Source: Hydrurus foetidus
Lineage: Eukaryota
Direction of reading: 5' to 3'
Assembly (NCBI GenBank): GCA_900617105.1
Contig: UYFQ01000064.1
Span: 1-46,640 of the forward strand
Length of the DNA: 46,640 nt
The position numbers and the translations under genes were made by a program. Under the pieces are notes generated by a model. That model was not told the DNA's origin, ran no database searches, and saw nothing but the letters and a program-made list of their open reading frames with translations. Positions 23,917 to 36,246 of this stretch are shown one piece after another (position 1 is the first letter of the stretch; each line of letters starts with the position of its first letter).

Positions 23917-24002
23917 CGTCTCGTGTTCCGGTGTGTTCAAAAGACAACAGCTGGGATCGTTGCGTGCAGGATGCTACAACCATAGGGATGGAGATAGGAA
24001 CA

Positions 24003-24026
24003 ATCTAGATCAGGATTGATCTAGAT
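24003..24026. promoter_or_regulatory. Perfect inverted repeat in the GST/P450 divergent spacer
   Basis: ATCTAGATCA-GGAT-TGATCTAGAT (10-bp arms, 4-bp spacer). Regulatory role is inferred from position only. Confidence 0.4.
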
Positions 24027-24199
24027 GACAAATAGATCTGGGGTACGGTACGTATTCAGGAATGTGTTGAAGTACACTGCGGGTTACACCGAAAGTAGGC
24101 CTGAGATCATAGATGACGTCGATTACTTTCACGAGTGCACACGCTTGCACACGCTCAGGTCAATTAGTCAATTTCATCATCATCACCATAGCCGTTACC

Positions 24200-26151
24200 A
24201 TGCCAGATCAGTTTCTCGCAGCGCTTCTCACTTTCTCAGTAGAGAATGTCGCAGCGGTTGCCATCATCACGGGTGCCGCTCTTTTTCTTTCTCTCAAATT
24301 CACATTTCGGTCGCACTCAAAAAAGTTGCCTCCGCTATCAGACACTGGAATGATTGAGACGCTCGAAATTTTGATGGACGGAAAAGGTGCCCCTGACCTT
24401 TATCTCTCGACCATGGCGAAGAAAGGATTGATCTACCGCCTCCCACTACCTGAAATGTGTCCCTGGATTGTCGTCTGCGATCCAGCTCTTGTCAGAAGAA
24501 TCCTTAATGAAGAGGAAGAGAAACCAGCATTGTACCGCCGTATCTCAGGCGCGACTAACGGTGTCATCAATATCTTCAACGCACCTACCAGCAGCCATTC
24601 TTATCTAGCAGCAAGAAAGGGCATGGCTCCAAGCTTTTCGATGGCAAATATTGTACTCTCTTTGCCTAAAATGTATCAAAAGATTGATGGACTGAAGAAA
24701 ATCTTAATACGGCATGAGTCTGAGAAATCAACCATTGATCTGCCGGAACTGATGACTCAGCTAACTATGGATTTCATTTGCGCAGGTAAATCATTAAATT
24801 CCGAACACCGTTTTATTTCCCTGGAGTCCTACGCTACCTCTGATAACGATTATGCAATCGACATATTGCCGCAGCAATGTTCGGTATCGATCACCAAACA
24901 ATGCAGTCATCCTCATCCCATGGTCGTGTCCTGATGGGCGAGTTTGACATCGCTCTCAAGGAGTTCGCACGGAATCAAGTTTACAATCCTTTCCGCTTCC
25001 TGATGTTCTGGAACAAAGAAGTGATACGAGGCAAGGTTGCAGCAGTAAACATAGAAAAAGCACAACAGGAACTTCTCAACAAATACAGATCGGAGAAATC
25101 TCCTGAGGAAATCGAAAAGGATCAGTCTATTCTTGGCCATCTGGTGCGCAGCCCGTATGCATCCGACCGTGAAAGATGCTCAGACATGACAACCCTCATG
25201 ATTGGTGGGCACGAAACCACCTCCTACACGCTCGCATGGATATTTCTTGAGACCTCTAGACATCCGGTGGTGCTCACAAAACTGAAGAAGGAGATTGACA
25301 GTATCGTCAGTGAGGAGGAGGAGCACATCTCGCAGCGTCATCTCAATAGCATGGTCTATCTGGATCAGGTCATCAAGGAGGGCATGCGGCTGTGGCCAGT
25401 AGCGGGTCTAGGAATGCTGAGAAGGAATTCCAAAGACATTGAATACGGAGACATCCTCATTCCCAGGGGATCGAACTGCCAGCTCTGCACCTTCGCTGTG
25501 AATCGTGTGGGTATCCAGGTACAACCTCGGATGTTTCAAATCTCCACCTTATCAGCACTTTTCTGTGCCCTCTTCCTCTGAATACTTCCCTTCTCCTCAT
25601 CCCTTCATTTTATGACCTCATTGAGGTCTCTCTTTATATTCTTCCTCTGATATCCCGACCCAACTCGTCCGTATCTGCACACTTTATTTCACTGCCTCAT
25701 CACCGACGCTTCACTTCCCTTCCCCACCCTAATCTACACCTTGATTCACACCTTTACTACCCATTATCGTTTTTTTCTTCACTGCCCCATAACTGTTTCT
25801 CTCGGCTCCATCACAGGTCCAGTCCTCTTTTCACTCCTTTCTACACTGCTCCAATACCACTCCCCTTTCTTCGTCATCACTGCTCCTTTTTCTATGCAGG
25901 ACCCTGAGCTCTTCGACCCAGATCGATGGGCATCTGGTAGTCCAGATGCTGAAAAGTTAAAAGAAAACTTCTTTCCTTTCGCACTTGGGAAAAGAAATTG
26001 TGTGGGTCAGAATCTCGCTATGCTTGAAATCAAGCTTATCTTAGCGTCCGTTTTGAGAAGCTTTCGCTTCGAACTTATCAGTGAGCCAGGTATTGACTAC
26101 TTCCTCACACTTAAACCGACAAACGTTCACATGAAAGTATACAAAGCCTAA
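24200..26151 (+). CDS. Cytochrome P450 (paralog A), 3 exons (24200-24785, 24875-25518, 25900-26151), about 493 aa
   Basis: N-terminal hydrophobic anchor and KKLPP hinge; I-helix GGHETT; EGMR (ExxR); DPDRW; heme motif FALGKRNCVG; both introns GT-AG and in frame. An alternative upstream ATG lies at 24113. Confidence 0.93.
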
Positions 26152-28260
26152 CCGCGGGCAGCATGATGCAGCATCACTTATGTGATGTATCATTTTGGTC
26201 ACTTCCATCATTTTATTTTATCGTTCGATGGAACTTAGAAACCTTTCTTCCGCTACCCACCTGTTCTATGAGGTATATGCAAGTCCAACTGTACTGTCAT
26301 CCAGTTATATATCCTTATTTGCCGATTCCTCCAACCGTGCCGATGCGTATTGACCCATTCTTCATATGTCATTTCCGTGCAGAGCAGTAATCGTCACGTG
26401 CCCATCATATTAGACTCGCTACTATTTTGTTTTTTATTGCATTTATTATGCGCCTGTTGTGGCCATCGTCAGCCCCTACAATAGCTCACTGTGTGATCCA
26501 CAAACATATTGAAGCTCTTTCCTCTTTACTGATGTTTGTCTGTAACATGTTTACTACAGTGGAGCCCGCCTAGTAATCTGTTACATGGTATAGACTATTC
26601 ATGCCAGCTTTATTGATGAAACAGATGCATTTATTCCTTGAATGAATCTCTGTTGAGTACACTGTAGGTCACGCTAAACCAGTTCACATCGAATCCTAAA
26701 CAACCTAATGCCTTCCCTCGAAAATTTATTATGTTGTAATTAACACAACTATTTTGAAATTGATCTTGAACTTTTGAAAAGTATGTTCATTGATTTCGTT
26801 TTCGTTTTCGTAATGCTACCGCATCTATGCACGTACGCTATTGCCATGCCTTCCAAATATGTCAGTACGGTAACAATTCTGTCTGACTCGGCTGACTGGA
26901 AAATCGAAAGTTACACCATGATGTGCGCATTTCACAGATGTGCACCCATTTTCTATTGGAGCAGCATCTGTCATTTTTCGAAGAAGTGGCTTGGGCAGCT
27001 GATCCGCTCAAGAAAAGATACAGTGTCCCTCCATACAATCTAGATGTTATCCTAGTCTGGCTCTGCGTACGTACGATCGAGCTCGAGCTCAATATTCGTG
27101 AAGCAATTTATGGAGAAGCCAGCGGTGACTGAGATGGTGGATGTTTTTGACCTAACTATCTCGAACTCTTCTTGTTGACTGTTTGGATATGAAGTAACAT
27201 AGTGGAGGGTGACCAAGCATAAGTCGTACACAGGGCATTGGGAAACTGAACTTACATGCGAGGAAACCAGATCGGTTTTGTGTTACGTGTGTCTTACCGC
27301 CACGTGTTGTTCTTGATGGGGCGTGAGCTTCGGGGAATTCCTCATCACAATTCAATGATCTGCTTTCCAGCTCACTAACAGTTGGTCAATTACGTCGAAA
27401 CATTCCCCTCAATCCACCAAAAAAATGGCTCCATCAACATGGCCATCGAGGTAGCATGTCAGGGAGAGATCATCATGCTTCCTTACACCACTTTAAAGTA
27501 TATGCATCCAGGCATCTCTGCCGTCCTTTTGAATTCTATGATTAAGCAAGAAAGAAAAAGTACTATGGGTGAGTACGGCATCTTATTCAAAAACGGTAGA
27601 AGTTACTGTAATCGGATATGCAACCGTGCTATCCGATTGCTTCTCCAACTGGTGTGCGTGACAAACGTGTACGTGTGAAATCTATCTACCACATCAAATA
27701 TAATTAAACGGGTCCTATTTTGTCCGCTGATAATATGTTAGATATTCATCAAAGTATAATAGACGGTAAACGAAACATTAAGTAAAGAAAGAAAAAAATG
27801 CGAGTGAAAGTGACAAAAAACATAAAATGACAAAAAGTTAGACAGAAGCCTAGAATCAAAATTTTATGTGGTTTTAGTGGCACCGATGGTAAGAATGCTT
27901 GCATCGCGCTCAACAAATCATTTAATGGCTTATATCGTAGAAGGCAGGCACCCAGTAGGCATTGTGCATTAAAGCAATGGAAAATTTTCCGACAGTAAGT
28001 AAATGAGTGATTTTCGGGAAAAGTGGGAATTGATAAATATATATCGCAGTATATAATATCAAGGAAGTTAGAATTGGTTTCAGGCACGTCTCTTAGAGTG
28101 ATGACGGCGATAGTGAGCGTTGACATGGAGTTGGGTAACTATCAGGCAATACAAATTTCATGAAATTTATGGGGTTTGCGATGAGTTTTGAGATGAATGA
28201 TTCGAGCGTTGACCCAAAATAGGACAATAATCAAAAGGATACAGCACTTTGTGATGCTGC

Positions 28261-30137
28261 TCATGCTGCTAGTGGTTCAGCTTTGTAGACTCTCATGTGA
28301 ACGTTTGTCGGTTTAAGCATGGGGAAGAACTCCACTCCTGGCTCACTGTTAAGTTCGAAGCGAAAGCTTCTCAGCACTGAAGATAGGATGAGCTTTAACT
28401 CAAGCATAGCGAGATTCTGACCAACACAATTTCTCTTCCCAAGCGAAAAGGGAATGTAAAGTTCTTTTAATTTCTCAGCCTCTGGGTTATCAGGGGCCCA
28501 TCGATCAGGGTCGAAGAGTTCAGGGTCCTGTACAGGAAAGGAAGCGATGATGGAGCAGTGAAGAAAGGAGGGGAGATGGACGGTGAGACGGGGAGTGAAA
28601 ATGCGGAGGAGTGTAGAAGAGGAGGAGGAGTTAAATATCCGAAAAGTAGCAGGTGAGAGACTGGGTCGCAACAGAAGAAATAGATGAGGTTACTGTAGCG
28701 AGTATAGGGTAGAAAAAAAGCGTCACATTATTTGACTGCAATAAATTGATATGTCGAGGATTGACGTATACGGACAACGAAAAGATTGTACCTCTCGATG
28801 CCCACACGACTAATAGCGAAGGCACAGAGTTGGAGTATGGATCCCTTCGGAAGGACAAAGTCTCCGTACTCAATTTCTTTCGAGCTCTGCCGCAGTATGA
28901 CGAGGCCCGAGACGGGCCACATTCGCATGCCCTCCTTGATGACCTGATCCAGATAGACCATGCTATTGAGATGGCGCTGCGAGATGCGCTCCTCCTCCTC
29001 ACCGACGACACTGTCAATAAGTTTTGTGAGCACCTCCGGATGTCTAGAGATCTCAAGAAATATCCATGCGAGCGTGTAGGAGGTGGTGTCATGTCCTGCA
29101 ATCATGAGCGTCGTCATGTCTGCACATCTCTCTTTGTCAGATGCATACGGGCTGCGCACTAGATGGCCAAGAATAGACCGATCCTGCGCAATCTCATCAG
29201 GAGATTTCTCCGCTCTATATTTGTTGAGAAAATCCTGCTGCGACTTCTCGACGGCCGCTATAGCAACTTTGCCTCGTCTGACTTCTTCGTTCCAGAACAT
29301 CAGAGAGCGGAAAGGGTTGTACACTTGATTTCGGCCGTACTCCCTTAGAATGATGTTGAATTCTCCCATGATGAGGCGACCGGGAGATGTGGACGACTGC
29401 ATAGTTTGGTGATCAATACCGAACATTGCTGAATAAACAGATACCATCCTTATGAGTGAGAGGGCAGTTTGCTGGTAACACAAAACGTTGTGCAGAAAAT
29501 TTGAAGATTTACCTGCACAAATGAAGTCCATGGCAAGCTGAGTCATCAGTTCCGGCAGATCAATTATTGTTTTTTCAGACTCAAATTGTGCCAAAAGATT
29601 TTGCAAGTCATCAATCTTCTCATACATTTTAGGTAAAGATAAGCAGGTGTTAGCCATTCAAAAGCTTGGAGCCATTCCTTGTCTTGCAGATCGCCATGAG
29701 TGGCTGTGCGTAGATGCGCTGAAGATTGAATCTGAGCTACTAATCAAGCCCGAGAAGCGGCGGTATAATGCTGGCTTCTCCACCTCTTCAATCAGGATTT
29801 TTCGGGCTAGCGCTGGATCGCAGACAACGATCCAAGGAGACATTTCAGGAATTGGAAGGCGATAGACGAGACCTTTAATCTTCATCGTCGATAAATAAAA
29901 GTCGGGGACACTTTTCCCTCTTGTTAGGATTCTAATTGTCTCAATCATTCCAGTGTTGGAGAGTGGAGGTAAATTCTTATGGTGTGGTCTCGATACAAAT
30001 TTCGAAGAAAGCAGGAGAGCGGCGATAGCTGTGATAATGAACACAACGAAATTCTCCGACAGAGAATTCAAGAAGCTTGTCAGCATCTGCTCCATGATTG
30101 GCGTGATCGGGAATGCGGGTTCCGATTGATTCATCAT
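28261..30137 (-). pseudogene. Cytochrome P450 paralog B, probable pseudogene
   Basis: Same exon structure (introns 29429-29512, 28528-28791); AGHDTT, EGMR, FSLGKRNCVG. In-frame TGA at 29658-29660 where the paralogs have Ser; 2 extra nt before the intron-2 donor; 9-nt deletion of KKE. Confidence 0.88.
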
Positions 30138-30446
30138 TTCTGATGCGCTCGTGTCGGGGAATCGTGAGTGGGTTACTCTGTGGGATTGAGATTGAGATGC
30201 TGTTGATGAACATGTTGTCGCTGTTTATCTTGATCTCAGATCTTCTCAGTGTCTTGCATGGAATGTTCCCAGCAAACTATTATCTCATCCACCCATCATC
30301 GAAAGGGTTCCGTGAAGACGCGATGCGGGATGCGATAAATTATGAAATGGAACGCTTTCAAAACCTCCTGTTTCAAGTGGCAAATGCGAATGCACAGCAT
30401 ACCAAACTGAAGCGCTATGTTCCTTTCTCGTGGAATGTTCCTTGAG

Positions 30447-30737
30447 TGTCGGGATTCGGCGGTAATCCAGAAACGGAAAACGGTAGAAACAGAATTGGTT
30501 TTTAAGTTTACCGAGTGAAAGATTGTGATTGTGGAATGGAAACGATGAGGTGAATCGAGTGGAATGAATGCAATTGAAATGGACAATGTGTAGCTGTTGG
30601 AGAACTGGTCGCGACCAGTTCTCTTCTGAACTGCTTCAACGTGGAAAGATCGGATCGTAATCGTGCCGTTGGAACCGCTCGGTTGTTCGGTGAGCATTGT
30701 GTTGTGTGTTTGTGTTTGAAATGACAATGCAATGACA
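30447..30737 (-). repeat. 3' LTR of Copia element 2
   Basis: Direct repeat of 35626-35916. Confidence 0.95.
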
Positions 30738-30826
30738 TGCGCCGGTAAGTGATATATGATGAATCGATATGTGGCTTATGTTATATTGAGAAATGTGGAG
30801 TACTATATGTAGGGAAGGGTGAGAAA

Positions 30827-33800
30827 TTACAATGATGAGTGAGGGTTGTGTGAAGTAGTTGGAGTGTTGAGTAGTTTGCTGCGGAACCATAAGAATTTGG
30901 AGGGGGTGAGGCTTTTGGTGAGTCCATCGGCAATCATGTCGTGAGTACCTATGTGTTGGGGGACAATCTCTTTGGTTTTGTAAAGCCAGCGTATGTAGTG
31001 TGATTTGAGGGCGATGTGGCGGGACTTGCGGGTGATCTGGTGTGCGGTGGTCAGATTGATGGCTGGTTGGTTATCTTCGAGGATAACTGTTGGAGATATT
31101 TGGGGGAAGCCTAGATCTGCTGCAAACTGTCGGAAGAATTTGACATCTTTCGCGCATCTTCCGAGGGCGAGATACTCGGCTTCGCAGGGGCTGAGGGCGA
31201 TGCCGGAAGTTTCAGCGGAAGAGTGGACGGCGAATGGAGCGTTGGTCGTGCCGATCTGGATAGTGTACGCAGAGTGAGAGTGTCCGTCCGGATGGCATGC
31301 GTGGGATGAGTCAGCGGCAGCGAGGATAGTGACTCCGGATGGAAATGAGGATGGGTTGGCGGAGAAAGTAGGGCCGATGTGGGGGCAGCCTTTGAGATAT
31401 CGGAGGAGGTGGATTTGTTTTGAAAGGTCGGATTGGGTTGGGGAAGTGTTTCGAGTGCATAGGTGGACAACTTCTTTTCTGATATCGTGTCGAATGGAAA
31501 GTAGGAATATGAGAGTGCCGTTGATGCGTAAGAAGCGGGTGCGGTCTACTGGGGTAAGGTCGGATGGGGGGTCGAAGAAGTTTGCGGTGGATGGTGTAAG
31601 TGCGGGGGGGACGAGGTCCATGCCAGATTGATGTAAGAACTTAATGATGTGGGCGCCTTGGTCGAGAGTACATGAGTGGTCAGCGTTACGTGTTAGACGG
31701 ACTCCGCAGACACCTGTCGAAGCATCATTGAAGGCTATGGGTCCGTAGCGTCCTGTAAGGATGGTTTTGAGTTCATCGCGTAGTGTACGGGAGCAAGTGA
31801 CGTACCATCCATCGTCGACATGCATGTTGAGGGTCAGTGAGTCGGCGGGGTTGTCGGGACATTTCTTATAAAAGCTGTGGTGGTCAGAGGGTGTTGGGTG
31901 AAAGCCAGCAGATGTTAGGAGGTTGATGAGGTCTTTGTCATATTCGTGGTTGGCTTGCTTTATACCATAGCAACAGCCAGTGATTTCTGCGAGCTTGTTG
32001 GCGAGGGGACTTGGGAGGTCGGCCGGGAGGATCGCGATTAGCTGGTGGCCGTTGGTCATCTCGCGTGTGAGCTTGTTGTGGAGGAAGGCGCCTGGAAAAT
32101 CGAAGTCTCCAAGAAGGAGCTGGTCGAGGCAGTTACGGTGTGCAGCATCGGCGAGGTAGGAGCTGAGGATGAAGGCACGATTGGTTGTGTCGGAGGTTCC
32201 TGCGTATGTATCGTTGTAGGATTCACGTGGTTGGCGGCTACCGTCGATGGCGAGGCGAGCAGTGACAATGCCGTTGGATTTCTTCTTGATCAGCATTTGA
32301 CTACGTAGGAAGATGGCTTTGGATTCGACACTGGAACGAGGAATGAGTTGAAGGGACTGGTAGGTGTCAAAATGTTTTCCCAGTTCCTTTGCTATTCCTG
32401 CAGCAATGTCGGAGGCAGGTAGGAGCTGCGAGGCTTTACGTATGGACATTTCAGCACGTTGGGGGGTAAGCGGTTGGGGTTCAAGGAGCGTGTGTCGATT
32501 GTTGAGGGGAATTGTTGGAGGATTGTCTATACGGTGCTGGCGATTGCGAGCTGCGGCGAGTTTAGCATTGTCGAGTTTACGTTGGGCAGCGTTGATGTAC
32601 GCGGAGGGAGGGGGTAAAGGAGGTGGGACCAGTGTCGAGGGTAGAGAATAACAGCCTCGCCAGTTGGTGGGATGTGTGCACGGGATGAGCGACGCAGTGG
32701 TGTCAGGGGATGGAGGGAGGGATGGATTGAAGTTAGTTGGAGGTGGAAAGTGGGCTGGGGGGGGATGGGGAGGGGGAATGGGAAGAAGGGACGATGGGGG
32801 AAGGGGGGGGGCTGGAGGAGGAAGGAACAGGATGGAGGAAGGAGGAGGGACGGAAGGAGGGGATGAAGGGATGGAAGGTGAGGTGTATCAGGAGTTGAAT
32901 TACAATGGTTTGGTGATGGTCAGGTTGATGTCTCTGGGTTGGAGGGGTGTTTGTGTGGTTGGAGTTGTTGGAAGGGGTGTTTGTGCGGTTGGAGTTGAAG
33001 GGGGAAGGGGAACGTTGGGGACGAATGGTTTTGGGCTCCAGTTGAAGGGAACGAAGTGACGGGGGAAGGGAGCGGTTGGGCGGCGGGGCACGATTGCACC
33101 GTTTGCAAGAAGGAAGAGTGTACGGCCGGTGAGAAGATCAGGACCCATGCATACTCCAAGTTCGGCCTTGGGTTCGGCGTTTGCAGCGGTATGGTTAGCT
33201 CTAGCCAGGGCGTGGCGCTTATCTGTATGTTGAGTTACCATGCAGCAGGAGCCGAATGGGAAGGGGTGGCGGGTGGGTTTGTGGCCGTGGAGGAGTTCAT
33301 TGGGGGTAGATGGAGAACTACGTACGTTGATGAGGGTGTTCCGCGTAGCAGCTATGGCCTTGTGTAGGTAGAGAGTATACTTTAGTGGGAGGTGGTAGGA
33401 GAGGCCTGAGAGGGTGGCGGTTGTAAGCTGCCGGAGGGTGAGGATGGAGCGCTCAACGCGTGCGGCGTGTTCTCCAGGGGGGAGAGCTGAAGGGAGATTC
33501 CGAGGGATCCAAGTGGTGCAGCGAGGGAAGTGTTGATCTTCTCACAGTCGCCGTGAAGGGTGTGAACGCGATGGTGATGTGCATTGTACGTGGTGGCGAT
33601 AATGTGGTGTAGGGCTTTGAAGACAGCCGGAGTGGATTTGGATGAGGCACCAACGACGGAGAGGTGGCCAGTGAACTCGTCTACTATGATGATTTCATGG
33701 GTGTGTAGGCCTGGGGAGGGCTCTGGGAGGAGCTGGGGTCGAAGCTGAGGACGGCTCCAAGTGAGGTGGCGGGGGCGCTAGTGGAGGGGGGATGGGAGGA

Positions 33801-35610
33801 ACTGCGGTGTTTACCAGCGGTGCAGTGGGGGCAAGGGCCGCGGAGTTGGCGGTTAAGGGTGACATCGGAGCAGGTTAAGGTGCTGAAAGGGAGCTTGCCG
33901 GTGGAGAGGTTGACACAGAGGCTGCGATCGGAGGGGTGGCAAAGTTCAATGTGGAGGTCTTCAGCAGCATCAGCGCGAGAGCGCTGCTCAGAGTTGATAT
34001 GGGGTACAGCATGCATGAGGGGTAGGAGGGTAGGTTGCTCTGCGGTAGTATGGGGTACGAGGGAATGCGCGGCCATTGCAACGGGGTGATAGTATGAGAG
34101 AGGGTTGATTGATGAAGCGTGGAGGAGGGCGGCGAAGTCTACAGGCAGGAGGTTGTGAGCGGATAGGGCGGCGTGGGCTAAGAGGGGCCCTGAGGGGGAG
34201 GAGCGGATCGTGACGTGGGGGGCGAAGGGGGTCATATATGTAGTTGCATTTGGAAGAAGAGGTAACTGGAAGTGGGGAGGAAGTAGGCAGTTCAGGTGGT
34301 GGTGGGAGGCAGAGGAGGCGGCCGCGATGGGTGACCGAGCAGGAGCCGCCGACACCTCCGATGGAGAAGGTGTGAGGGAGTGGAGCAAGATCGTAGAGTA
34401 GGGAGGCATCATTGACAGTGTGGAAGGAGCAGGCGTTATCCCAGTAGGACTGATGGTGGTTGAGTGAGGTTGGTGTACTGGAGGAAGCGAGGGCGAGTGG
34501 ACGGGAGAAAAGTGCAAGGGAGGTCGTGGGGGCTGGTAGTCAGGCGGAGTCCGAGTAGTCGGAATGGCGGGAAAGGAGGGAGGGAAAGTTGGATGGGGAA
34601 GGAATAGTAGGCGGATGGTGGAAGTGGGTAGGGTGAAGGTGAGGTTTAGGGGTAGAGTCTTTCTTACCGTTTGCAAGACGTGGACGGGGGGAAGTCGCTG
34701 AGGCTTTGGAGGCGATGAGTGCGGAGCCTTGGGAGGAGACGTCGTCGCGTGCGAAGGAGAGTGAGTTTGCGATCTTCCAGCTCTGCAGTTGGGACATAAG
34801 AGCTGTGGGATCTGGGAACCGTCCGGTTGGATGGTTGTGGAGGAGCTCATCAAGGGCGCGGCGGAACTCGTTGCGGTTGAGTCCTGCGAGGTAAAGGAAG
34901 CTAGTTAATTCAGGTATAGATACAAAGCCCGGGTGAACCGCGGACTCGAAGTCGAGCTTGAATGTTTCAGTCATAGTGGTTATTAGTTCAATGTAGGATT
35001 CATGTGGCAAGTCGGATTGTGAAACATTGACATAAAGGCGGGTGCGATGGAGTTTGGTGGCGGCATTCCCGATGGAGTGAATGTCGCGGACCATGACATA
35101 GAAGGGATAGCTCCGAGAGCCGATGGGTTGAAGTTGGTAGGTAGGGTAGTTGGGGTGGGTTTTGACTGCGGTGTGGGAGGCCAAGGAAATATGTCGGTAG
35201 AGATGGTCGAGGCAGTCTGTGTCCTCGTCGGAGAACCGACGCTGTGCTGCCGAGAAGATCTTTTTGTCATCTCTAAAGTTGGTATTGCCGAGGGTGCTGA
35301 GGGGAAGAGTGGCGGGATCGAAGTTGGGTTGAGCGGCTTCGGCGTCGGTGGCTTGTCGGCGCTGATAAGTTAAGAGACCTGGAGTGGGAGCTCCAGTGAG
35401 GTCGGCCTCGAGGTCGGCCTTTGTTGGCTCGATTGGAAAGGGTTGGAGCGGGATGGTGGTGTCGGAGAGGATTTGCTGCCCAGCGACACCAAATTTGGTG
35501 AAGCAGAGGAGCTTCAAGGCTTGATGCCACTGCGACCAGTTGTCAGAGTGGAGGTCCAGCATTGGATGTTGAGCAGTGGAAGTGGCAGCGGCTGTGGATG
35601 TGGAGAGCAT
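30827..35610 (-). pseudogene. Copia element 2 gag-pol; frameshifted in gag/PR/INT, RT-RNase H open
   Basis: WDNACSFH protease (near 34440); H..LCH...CPHC integrase zinc finger; HAARVERS; RT ARLAIDG, DFPGAFL, CYGIKQA, HVDD; RNase H ADSSHA, CEAEY, EDN, ADGLTKSL. Confidence 0.9.
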
Positions 35611-35625
35611 TGCTTAAAAACCAAT

Positions 35626-35916
35626 TGTCGGGATTCGGCGGTAATCCAGAAACGGAAAACGGTAGAAACAGAATTGGTTTTTAAGTTTACCGAGTGAAAG
35701 ATTGTGATTGTGGAATGGAAACGATGAGGTGAATCGAGTGGAATGAATGCAATTGAAATGGACAATGTGTAGCTGTTGGAGAACTGGTCGCGACCAGTTC
35801 TCTTCTGAACTGCTTCAACGTGGAAAGATCGGATCGTAATCGTGCCGTTGGAACCGCTCGGTTGTTCGGTGAGCATTGTGTTGTGTGTTTGTGTTTGAAA
35901 TGACAATGCAATGACA
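35626..35916 (-). repeat. 5' LTR of Copia element 2
   Basis: Direct repeat of 30447-30737; gag ATG at 35610. Confidence 0.95.
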
Positions 35917-36246
35917 TTGAGACTTGTGATGGACAGCGGTTGCGGTACACATATGTACAGTGTATACCGTATTTAGGTCGGTCCCAGTGGAGTACAAAAT
36001 ACAAAATACAAAATTCCTGTTTTGTACCTCTTACTTGTATTCTTGATTGTAGTGGAGTACAAAAACAAAAAATTAAAAAAAAGTAAATTTCCTGTTTTGT
36101 CGAGGTACAAAACAGGCCCCTTGTGACAAAATTCTTGAGCTTTTTTGTACCTCGATTGTACAGGTACATAATTAGAAAAAAAATATTTATATTACTAACA
36201 GCTCCTCCTAATCAACATCAATTCAACATCTGAAAGTTGATTTGAG

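Larger units (their letters stand above)
30447..35916 (-). mobile_element. Full-length Ty1/Copia LTR retrotransposon (element 2)
   Basis: Two 291-bp LTRs (30447-30737, 35626-35916), identical by eye, TGTC...GACA termini; TSD TTGAG at 30442-30446 and 35917-35921; gag-PR-INT-RT-RNH order. Confidence 0.96.

Noticed and set aside
26160..28250. Short ORFs between P450 A and P450 B
   Set aside because: No recognisable motifs, consistent exon chain or element boundaries.
29658..29660. TGA recoding or alternative genetic code in P450 B
   Set aside because: The paralogs have Ser here and B has other lesions; no other gene in the window needs stop reassignment.
30296..30890. Duplicated ORFs (30296..30727/35514..35906; also 11592..11798/16891..17118)
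   Set aside because: They are translations of LTR copies, not genes.
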